From: Proteromonas lacertae
Taxonomy: Eukaryota
Direction of reading: 5' to 3'
NCBI GenBank assembly: GCA_002245135.1
Contig: NGBS01000597.1
Span: 62,001-126,000 of the forward strand
DNA length: 64,000 nt
The position numbers were made by a program, and so were the translations under genes. Below are positions 53,009 through 64,000 of the stretch, piece by piece (the stretch's first letter is position 1; each line of letters begins with the position of its first letter). The notes beneath the pieces were generated by a model. That model was not told the origin of the DNA and searched no databases. It was given only the letters and a program-made list of their open reading frames with translations.

Positions 53009-53781
53009 TTAATTCTGAAATTCAATATCACCAAGAACAAGTATATGAGATGGTAATTCGCCTGGTTTGGGTTGTAATAATTCTACAGTTTCATTATTAA
53101 CATCTACATTCAATATCTGCACAAATCCCATTGAATTACTGGTCAAAATCTCTTTCATCTCATTGGCTGTAGAAATAGAAGCTATTTTCTTTATATATTC
53201 ATTCTTTAATTCATCAATCTTTATTTCTTCTACTTTATATGGTTCTCTTGTAGATTTTGTCTCTATTGGCAATAATTAAATGATATATTAAGAAAAATAT
53301 ATCTTAGAAAAAAAGAAAAAAAAGGATATTGCACTATCATTTAAAGTTTTAACAACTCGATAGAAATTGAATGAAGAAAATGAATAAGTAACTGTAGGAG
53401 GTGATAATGGACAACCCAAATTACCATAAAAATACTTCTTTATTGAATTATTTCTAAACCTGGTTCTAAATTCTTTATCTTTTTCAGATACACCTCCACT
53501 TTTACCCATTTTAGTAACAGCAATTCTTCGACCAAATTGATTATACAATTCATGCTAAATATATATATATATATATATATAATATACAAAAACATAATCA
53601 TCACTTATTACTATAACAATATTAATATTAAATTGAGTTATTGCTTTCTTCAATAAATCCAATCCCAAACCAGTAACCCATCCAAATGTATTGACGATAA
53701 TTCCACTAGTCTTTGCACTTATTGAACTTTCTGATGATTTGTTGACTGATACAGCTAATTTTGACATTAACATTTCATAAC

Positions 53782-53813
<32 letters not shown>

Positions 53814-54467
53814 ATACTAAACAGTATCAGATGGACTAGTTTTACCATAGAAATAACATAATGGACTATTACCATTTAGATTGCCATAAATTGATAAACT
53901 ATCTTTTGTAATTATAGAGGCACTTAATGTTCCATGGTATTACTAAATCATTCTGACCAACGTCTAAATCTACAAATATTGGATTTGTTCCACAACGAAC
54001 TGCATAAGACACTAATGTACGACAAATTGTTGATTTACCAACATCTGTTGGACCAATTATCATCACTCGTGGTCCACTGCTTTTATTTCGTAATGCTTCA
54101 TCTCGTAAACTCTGCAATTGACCATGAATGTTGATATAAACTAAATTTGGATTTTCTGACTCTATATGTATCATTTTAGGAGTACCAACCACTTTCACTC
54201 TGCAACCATGATATGTATAGATTGAAAACTATTAACAGGAAGTAAAAACGCTGAAATTATACTTTTGTATCAACAAATTTATAGGTCATATCCGGAATTA
54301 ATTCAATTCCAAAAATTTCTGCTTTGTCACTTTTCAACTACCATACATTATTAAAAAAAAACAGATACTGTTATTTCTATTGGATCATTCCCTACAATGA
54401 TTCGAAGTTCTTCATATTTTTCAATAGTATACTCTTTTTCTTCATTAGTGTTAGCAAAGTCACTCAT
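53009..54467 (-). CDS. CLP1: Polynucleotide 5'-kinase / cleavage factor CLP1; one +1 frameshift at about 53934
   Basis: EELR, AEIFGIEL, IYTYHGC, GPRVMIIGPTDVGKST, FVDLDVGQ, IPGT, SGIIVNTFGW, KSGGV, IKKYFYG. Confidence 0.93.
53276..53329 (-). other. U12-type AT-AA intron in CLP1
   Basis: Perfect 5' ATATCCTTT, branch TTCTTAAT about 12 nt from the end, ends TAA; join NDSA/LLPIE restores the conserved DSxLP region. Confidence 0.85.
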
Positions 54468-54593
54468 TTTGTTAAGACAAGTATTAGGATGTATTTTTTT
54501 CAAACATTTCTCAAGCTTTTAATTTAATTTTTATTTTTTTCTTGTTAACAATGAAATAAATGAATGGCATTTCAAACATTTGTAATGTAGAAA

Positions 54594-55572
54594 ATGAATA
54601 AATTAGAAAAGAACATGACTTTAAGCTTAGTGAATGAATGTAATAGAGTTTTAGATTTTTTGGAAATTTCAATAGATATATTAGTAAAGAAGAATAAATT
54701 AATCATAATTTCATCAAAATTGTCTAATAAAGTAAAATTAGTAAAAGATTTATTCAACTTGGAAGAAATAACAATAATTGGAAATATAAATCGATTATTA
54801 ATGAATGTAAGTGAATTTGTAGAAGAAGAGGAAGAAAATTATTTTGTTATAAATTATCAAAATAATAATACTTTATTGTCTTTACTGAAATATAACTCAA
54901 TTAGTTTTTATTATACATATTATCATAAAGTAGGATATAAAATTAGTATATCTGTAAATATAATACAGTGATAGAAAGAGATATTAATCGAAAAATAATT
55001 CTAACAAAAAATCTTACATTTGATGCGAGTTGGAGTATATAGATCAAAATATATTTTATTGGTTGAATTAAAAGTGGATGGTTTAGAATATGTTTGTGAT
55101 AAATTAATGACAATAAGAAATATTAAAGCATTGTGTTTAAATTCTTGTGGGATAAATGACATTGGATTTGTGTTTTTCTATGATGTTCTTCCTTATTTCT
55201 TAGAATTAGAGCATTTAAGATTAAGTTGTATTTTCTAATTAATTAGTGTATAATCTTAGATAACAATATTGGAAATAAAAGTGTGAAATTACTTATAGAT
55301 AATGTACAGTCAGATAATAAATTAGAAACATTGGTTATTTCGTGTATATTTTTTTTTCTGATAAAATGAAATAGATAATTGTATTAACAATGAGATTTGT
55401 GAATATTTATATTCACATATTACAAAATTGGCAAAGCTAAGTTTATTAGGATTAGATAGTATTATTGTAATAGTTATAATATGTTCTAGATAATCTATTT
55501 ACAGATTATAAATGTTTGAAGAAGAATTTATTATCAATTCATCCAAACAAAAAACTATTTATTGCTATTTAG
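54594..55572 (+). CDS. RNI-like leucine-rich-repeat protein
   Basis: LCLNSCGINDIG, LRLS/NNIGNKSV, LVIS/NCINNE, LGLD/NLF across 4 GT-AG introns; start uncertain. Confidence 0.65.
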
Positions 55573-55690
55573 TTATTTATATTTAAATTATGTTGTATGT
55601 TGATAAGATTGAATTAAAGAAAGAATATTACAATTTATGTTAATAAACAATAAAATATATAAATTTATATAATTATATTGATAATGCAGT

Positions 55691-58600
55691 TTATCTTGAC
55701 CAACAAACCACTTTTCCAATTACATCACCACTGTATAATTCTTTTCCAGTAAATTGTAAACAACTAACTCTACAACTATGAAATTCCAATTCATTCAGCT
55801 TCTTCAATTTAAATACATTATTACCTTCATGATTAACTAAATATAGTTCAATTGTTCCATCAATATATCCAACAGCAATAATAACCTTTCTCTCATTATC
55901 ACAGGTAATATCACTTCTACTAATTACACTATTATGAATAACATTTTCTTGACAAATCAATTTTCCATTCACATCCAACAAGACAATAGTATGTTTTGTA
56001 CAAACACAGATTGTACCATTACTTTTATCAATACTGATATCTTCAATACTTTTATCAGGTAATTCTATTTCTTTTATTTTATTCATTTTATATAAATCCC
56101 ACATTATACATTCACCATCCACACTTACACTAATAATAATTCCATAACTTTTGCATAATTTCACAATTCTAATTGGTTCTAAATGTCCAAATAAACTTCC
56201 TATATTTTCAAAACTCAATTCTTTAATACTACCGTCATAATTCTCTACTTTCAAACTACATCTATAAATAGATAAAGAACCATTTTCTTCACTTCCTTTT
56301 ATCAATATATTATTATCAGAAGATATATCAATGCAAGAGATTCTTTTATTATCACAAGAATCAAAGGAAATACAACTTTCTACATTCTTTGTATTATTAT
56401 TCGTACTACTATTACCTTCTAATTTACTAATTGGATATAATCTCCAAGCATTATCATTATAACCCCATGAGATGTAATACTCCATTTTATTACCGAAGAA
56501 TACACAATTTAATGGTATTGCTTCAACATGATTATTCATCTTTCTAATACATCCAATTCCTATTGTTGGATCTCTTCTTGGTGCATATATATCACAACTA
56601 CAACTTTGTTGTTTTCTTATTAATTTTGGTGTTATTGGATGTTTCTTATTATCCCAATCATATATTGATATTTCTTTAATTAATGGTTTTCTACGAGGAT
56701 GACTAGTTGTGAATAATTGTTTGGGTGTTTGTCCAAATTCTCGTATTTGATTGATATATCCATTTCTTATAGTTTCATCAGGTTCATTCTCTAAATCAAT
56801 TGCACCTTCATAAGTTAAATAATAAAATACATTACAACAATCTCTTGCTTCATCTCCTTGTTGTTTATAACCAAATATTAAATCAATCCATTCTGGTAAA
56901 TGCTCAGAAACATATTCACTTTCTAATGCTAAACGATGTAATCTAATAAACTCACTTGGACTACCATTAGCCCATACAGGTAATTCAACATTATTGATGG
57001 AATTATTACCTATTTTACCAAGTGGATATTGATTGACATTGATTAAAAAGGATGGTAAATAGAAGAACTCTGGTATTAATTCTTTAATATCTTGTAAATC
57101 AGCAATTGATGGATCTTCACCACTACTATTAACCCACGCTTTTCTTATGGATCTAAACATTCTACTAGGATTATCAAATGTTCCACTTTGTAAATCAACC
57201 ATAAAACCAGCAAATGGTTGTAATCTTGCTAAGTAATACAATACAATTGGAGCTGTACTGTAATGCGTACCATAATGAAAAGGAGGAATATCACCATCTT
57301 CAAGACTTTCATATCTTTCCATAAACTCTTTTTTCCTATGTAAAGCTCCCATTGGTTTAGATAAATCACGATAAACGGATGGATCATTAATATCCAAATT
57401 TTTACAAACGTAATCTTGGATTATCCATGGAAATACTGGATATTGTGATAAATCATTATAACTTCTACCAGATAATGTATTTAATCTTATTAAATATTCA
57501 TAATTACTTATCTCACGATTAATCCATTTTTCTTCAATTTCTGCTAAATTTTCATTCATTTTATCTTTATCAACTATACATTTTGTTATATCACTATACC
57601 AATATTTAAATGTTTGGAATAAATCATCTCTTTCACTCGTAGAATCAAGTGCTAATAATATACTTCCACCATTTTGAAGGAATATCTCAAATGCAACATT
57701 TCTTAATTCATACCTTCTATAATATATTTCAACGATATCATTCACATTATATCTTTTACTTTTATGTTTATTATTTTCATTCAATTCCTGGATTTCACAT
57801 TCATCATCATGATTACATTTTTTGCAAATAAAATCGTCGATTAAGGAAATACTATCTTGACAACAAACAAATAAACAATTAGTCACTTTCATACCTCTAA
57901 TTCTTAAACTATTACAATGATATAAGATAGTATCAACAGGGTATAAATATGATCTGATCTTATCAGTGAAATTATTTCTATTTGCTTCACAAATATCCAC
58001 AATATCCAAAGCTTCTTGATTTAAAGTAGAGAGTGATAATTTCAGATTACTATATCTTTGAGAATTACTCTTACTATCTTGTCGTGTTAATCCTACAGTA
58101 TTACTTCCATTATTGGAGGATAATGATGGGATTTGTGGTAATTCATTTGTATCATCATCATCGTCATTATTATTATTATTATCATCACTACTTTCACTAT
58201 TCTCATCAGCATCCATTATTGTTGGTAAATCTTCTTTAATAAGTGAAGGAATATCAAATGCACTAGCACTTTCTTTAGCTATAGTTTCACCTTCGATCAC
58301 TGGCTCTAAGTTATGTAAACTCATATTCTTAATAAAATCAGCAGGTAATCTGATACTTGCATTTTTATTGGCTATTTTATTAGATCTAAAGTTAGTAGGT
58401 AATTCTTCAGAAGATCTTTCTTTTACTTCTAATTTGTTATTTGTTCTAATTAACTTCTTTCTCATTCTTAATTGATTTTCATGGAAGTTTAATTCATAAT
58501 CACCATTAGGAGTAAGTGTTTTAACTAATGGATACATCAACAATTTAGTTAAACTTCTCCAACAATAAGAACCAAAGGTTATTTCATGATTTAGTTTAAC

Positions 58601-61600
58601 TTCTGTACTGTTATTGATATTGGTTGTATCTTTTATTATTTCCATTAATCCTTTTTGTCGTTGTGTATCAATGTATTTCTTAATTGCTGAATTCTTTATT
58701 GATGTATTGATTTTCTTAGATTCAGCTGACCATAACTTACATAATGAATTCCACTGTCTATTCCACTTAACTTTCATTTGTTTATAATACACTAATAATT
58801 TATCAACTGAAAATGGTAATAGTTCAAATATAACATCTTTATAATCTAATAACCATTCATTAAACACTACTAAATCATTGTTTAACACTACAGATGCTAA
58901 TTTTACAACAACATTACTTCTATTTACATCACCTTCTTCTAAATACTCAAATAAAAACTTTTGATCTTTCTTTTCATCATTGATCATATACAATATATTC
59001 TTTATTGATTGGAGGATTAACACATTCTTTGAATCACATAAAACATTCATAAAGTAATGAATTAATAAATGAACTTGTTCAATTGAGAAGTTTGGCAAGA
59101 TGAATTCTTTCATTAAGTTATTCAATTGAACCATTATTGTACTAGGAGGAATGTAGTTTCTATTATAACAATAGATTATGTAACAACAAATCAAATCATT
59201 GTAAGTACTAGTCTCTTGATTCAATATCTTATTCTTTATATTTTTAGCTAATGATTTAAACAAATGAGATTTTTCTTTCTTTTCATTTTTATTTCTCAAA
59301 TTCAACACTTTTAATGCCAATATTAAAACACATAAAATACCATCAGGGAAATAATCAATATCAACATCAAATGGATCATTATAAACACTTTCAGGTGTAG
59401 AAGTGTATAACACAGTCTTTTCAACTATAATCTGCAAGACATTATCAAACAATTCATTCTTTTCTTTCTTACTAGGATTATCCAATTCAAACTTATTAAT
59501 ATTACTATAGAGTGTTTTAACAATATTTCTCATTAATTCACATTGATATCTCAACACAATATGACAATAAACATTATCAGCAACATCAAATGGCATTTGT
59601 CCAAATATATTCTTCAATATATCAACAATACCATTAAATCCTAATTCTATACTTCTCACTACCATTGTTGATATGAAATCAAAGAATGAATTTACTACAC
59701 TATCATCTCTTAATCCATCATGATTATCTTCGGTATATCCTTTATGGAATTTGAATAAATCGTTTCTTAAATCACTATCATTCATTTCTTTATATTCATG
59801 AAACAGTGTTTCTTTATAATCTTGTCTTTTCTTGATAATATTATCATCACTTGTTTCAGCATATAATTCTTCATCAGATTTAGTGGAAATACTAAATCTT
59901 GGAACAAATGAAGATGATGATTGTGCTGTATTAGATGAGGTTGATGTTATACTTGAACTGCTGCTATTGTTACTGCTGGTTATACTATTATTTCCACTTC
60001 CAGACCTTCTTCTTGATCTTCCTGTTGGTACTTCAATCTCATGAATTGTACTTCCAATGGGAGTTCCATCTGGATTAATAAATATTTGAATAGAACTATA
60101 TATTATTGTCATTACTTTTGCCATTGACATTTTCACAAATTCTGTATGTAATTCAAAGTTTATTTCTAATCCACGAACTAGTACAAGTATTCTAGAGATT
60201 GCTTTCAATATATCATTACATACATTAACATCCTTTTCATTAGAATATAATAGTTTAATTGCATAACTATAAGAAGTACCAATGTATTCAAAAATACAAG
60301 GCAATACAGAAGGACAATCAAATGATAATTCATCTGTTTTACTCAACTGTCTATCCAATTTATCAAATAACTGTTCTTCTATATTTTCATCATCTACATC
60401 AAATGCTAATTGTAAGAAGATATTGAATAATTCATAGATATAAATATGACCATATGTTTTACGATGATCTACATGCCAAGCACCTTGAACTGGGAGTAAT
60501 GAACCTAATAAATACTCACAACCGAAGTTCAAATAACCATCATAATTCAATTCAATTTCTAATCTTAAGATTCTTAAAGCTATTAATACAGTGGATGGAT
60601 TTCTTTTGGGGTTTATAAAGTAGAACAACCATTCGTAGGAGAATACTGATGCCAAAATCATCAGTATAACCAATATCCATTATAAATCTAATTAATAATC
60701 TCAATAATTTGTTTCTAATAGTCAAGACTTTATCGTGATAAACAACTTTCAATTCAGGCTTGAATGAATCAAAGTTATTGGGTTTACCAAAATGTATGGA
60801 AAGAGTACCAGCAATATAATCAGCATATTTTTGATATTTTGGTATTGTTGGATCAACTGAAATACATTTATAAATAACTTCCAAGATTCCATCAACATAA
60901 TCAATTTTAATAGATGGAATTGATAAGAAATATAGTAATTTATTCATTATATCCGTTACTGGAATTAATTCATTTTTAATCTGCTTTTGAACATTGAATA
61001 ATGCATCTAATAAACTTAAGAAACAATTTATATAAACACCATATAATTCCAAATTCAATTCAAACCAAATTGATGATATAATAATTGTTTCAAATGGTAC
61101 AATAAAGATATAAGATGTTTGAACACTGTGTAATAAAGGCTTCAGCAGTTGTTGGACGATATAAAACAGGTGAAATTCCTACAAAACTGAATATATATTC
61201 AATAGTTGTTTTTGTTATCATACTATTTGTAACACCTTCTAATGGAGGTGAATTGATTGATATTTGTTTGAATTTATTCTTTAATATATGTAATAACGCA
61301 TTATAACCTTTTAATCTACACATTATATCGACATTAATATCACTTGCAATAATACAGTGATATAATATCTTCAAACCTAAGTTCAATTCATCATTGTTAC
61401 TACTTTTATCAATGATAGATAAACTGTATAAAATCCCACCTTCCGTTACTTCAGTTAAACTCATAGAGATATGTTCACAACATTCTGGAATTATATCACC
61501 TTCTATATATAAACGAGGTAAACCAGAGGGCGTACAATTTTGTACAGTAAATGATAATACCAAATTTTGTTCAGATTTAAATATAAAGTTAGTATTATCA

Positions 61601-64000
61601 GGTGTATAACTAAATGCAATATCATCACAAGATATTGTTATATCATTTTGCTTGAAATAATAACTACCAGAATTCCATAATATACCATAATTAATGTTTA
61701 ATATTTTACAGATTGGTACTGACAATAATGCAGTTAAGATTGGGATACCATAACGATCTTGGGATGTGTAAAAACAGGAGTGATAAAATGGACCAATGCA
61801 ATATAAAAATGCTATTTCTTTATTAGTTAAATATTTTTTAAATATATAGAAAGTACTTAATCTCCATTTATAAGATGAGGATGGTGATAATGGTGGAATA
61901 GTGATGATTCCTTGGTTATATCCATTTGTAGGATATTCAATAGCATAAGAACCAGTTTCTAAACCATTTATATACAATGTAAAATTCGAATTTCCATTTT
62001 CTTTGTTTTTAGGAGAATGTGTAAATGCTATAAAATACCATAAATGTTCAACAAATAAGTAATTTTTATCATAATACTTTTCACCATTACAAATAATCAA
62101 TAAATGATTATTTATCACATGTAATTGTAAAGTTGTATTTTTACCATTTAATGTTAATATTGAGAGAGTAGTATCTGGTGTTAAAACATCAATATAAACC
62201 CATGATGAATAACTATAACCATTTGATATACTTTCACTTGATAATAACGGTATAATCATTTTAGGAACATTCATCACAGTTGAATCAATAAGAAAGTAAG
62301 GAATCCATCTAAATATTGCATTTACATTCAAATCTGTTCCTAACATATTGTTATAATGGTCAAATATAGGTTTAGGGTAAGTTGATTGGTTGATTAAATG
62401 GTAGTAATAAATATGGGAAGTATAAGGAATATGGATGTTTTGTTAATATTGATATTAAATTATGAATACATTTATAGGTGATTTTATTATTAATAACAGT
62501 TTGAATTAAGGGTGTTAATACATTGGTACTACTTAGAATATGTATATTTGGTCTATTACATAGTAAATTATAAATGGAAGTGAATATTTCTTCAATTTGA
62601 AAATCATAACTTCTCATATATTCTATTGAATTTGCACAATCAACTACAAAGTAGATTAACTCTGGATGTAAGATTTCTGGTACAATTCCTTCAGTATAGA
62701 ATGGTTTATTTTCATATTTAAATATTATATCATTACAATTATCATTGTTATTATCAGCTACACTCATCTTCAAACATGTTTGTAATAGCAATAGAGTTGT
62801 TTCATCAAAATATGAATCTAAAACAGGTAATAATGGAGTTAAGAATGTTTTGATATGTTTTAATAATGATTTAAATGAGGATGGATAAGGTGGTAAATGG
62901 TGTAATAGTTTCATTAGAATGCTAAGTATATAATAAGGTATTTGTTCTACTTTACAAATAGTTTCATTTGTATTTGTATTGATTAAGTTCCTTCCACTTT
63001 TTATCTTATTCTCTTTGATTGTTTCATCCCATTTTGAGATAATTACTTTAAATTCACTAAATATCTCCTCTAAATCAACAGCTATTGATTCATGTGATAT
63101 TAAAGTAAAACACAATTGAATAGCTTTAGGAGAGAGTGATAATAAATATTCAGTTCAATTTGAATAAATCTTTAGGATTATTGGTACTGTTATTACTTAT
63201 ATGAGTCTCTAAAGATCGTACAAAGAATGACAATATGTCATATAATGATTTAGAAAGTGGATAACAATCTGAGAAATTATCAATTAATGGTTGGCATAAA
63301 CCATAAATAGAATCAACTAATGATTCTTCGTTTAATAATTGTATAAATATTGATAAATCTTCTTTGATAAATATTGGATATATATTTGTTGTATCTTTTA
63401 TTAATAAAGCAGCAAGAATATTGATTATATTCTCTTTCATTTCATTGGTTATTACTGATTTAATCTTTGATACTTTAAATGTAGGTAGATGAATCCATGG
63501 TGAGGAAATATTGCACCTTAAACAATCAAACAAAAAAGAAATCATTTCATTGGACATTAAAGCTTGATGTCGGCTTGAACTTCCCATTATACTATCTAAA
63601 CTTAGAAATACATTTTTCATGTTGTAAGTAGATGGCATAATTCTTAATCCTTTCAAAAATGTTTGTAATTGTGTAGTTATATCAGAATCAGTATTATCAT
63701 AGAATTCAAATATAAATTTCAACACTATATAACTCTTATCATCATCTAACTTTATCAGCATTTTACATAATGATTTGATCAAATTAGAACTTGCTAATAT
63801 GTTATAATTCTTCAAACAATTCTTAAATAAATCATGGTAAGTCTCCACAACAGCCAGCGTTATTTCATTACTTAAATTATCATCTAATACTTTCTTAATA
63901 AACATTTCCATTGTATTTAATATGGATTTCTTTGTAATAACAGAATCTGATGTTATTACTTTATTTCTAGTGTCTTTTGATAATGTCATAATTACACAGT
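55691..64000 (-). CDS. BEACH-domain protein (ConA/LamG, PH, BEACH, WD40), 5' partial, with four +1 frameshifts
   Basis: RRYELRNVAFEIF, W...ISNYEYL..LN..SGRSYNDLSQYPVFPW, YRDLSKPMGA, HYGTHYS, KELIPEFFY, WIDLIFGYKQ, FGQTPKQLF; YSYSSWVY...WYFIAFTH LamG segment. Confidence 0.93.

Noticed and set aside
53558..53581. (TA)n tracts here and in many introns (e.g. about 4222, 13733, 45319)
   Set aside because: Simple microsatellite slippage in AT-rich introns; no higher-order structure
1..64000. Prokaryotic operon, CRISPR array, transposon, rRNA or tRNA
   Set aside because: Spliceosomal introns and eukaryotic genes throughout; no spaced direct repeats, transposase/RT ORFs or structured RNA signatures seen
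1..64000. Stop-codon reassignment or stops created by polyadenylation
   Set aside because: Most internal stops fall in introns or after frameshifts; conserved genes (NSA2, actin-like, CLP1) end at genomic stops at the expected positions

Overview
This is very AT-rich, gene-dense eukaryotic DNA using the standard genetic code. It holds about 26 tightly packed protein-coding genes, most broken by short (about 25-45 nt) GTA...TAG introns, so the ORF track fragments them. A Sig1/Ocm1-type mastigoneme-like EGF protein, He_PIG surface proteins, a bacterial-type sialidase and tiny introns suggest a Blastocystis/Proteromonas-like gut stramenopile (inference only). Gene order: MPI, small ankyrin protein, actin-related protein, LRR ORF, RAD18-like, mL40, NSA2, He_PIG/PA14 membrane protein, TTLL-LRR fusion, GH33 sialidase, RecQ, F-box/LRR, Josephin, PCID2, mastigoneme-like EGF protein, VPS9 protein, hypothetical, signal-peptide ankyrin array, giant class C GPCR, RCC1-like, TPR, second He_PIG protein, hypothetical, CLP1, LRR, BEACH-WD40 (5' partial). 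Main highlights: (1) a roughly 3,800-aa class C GPCR with nine tandem UrtA/AmiC-like Venus-flytrap domains; (2) five predicted U12-type introns with AT 5' ends, four of them apparently AT-AA; (3) a recurrent AAGCTTGA element near start codons and a TGTTTGT element after stop codons; (4) eight single-base frameshifts that are most likely assembly errors.
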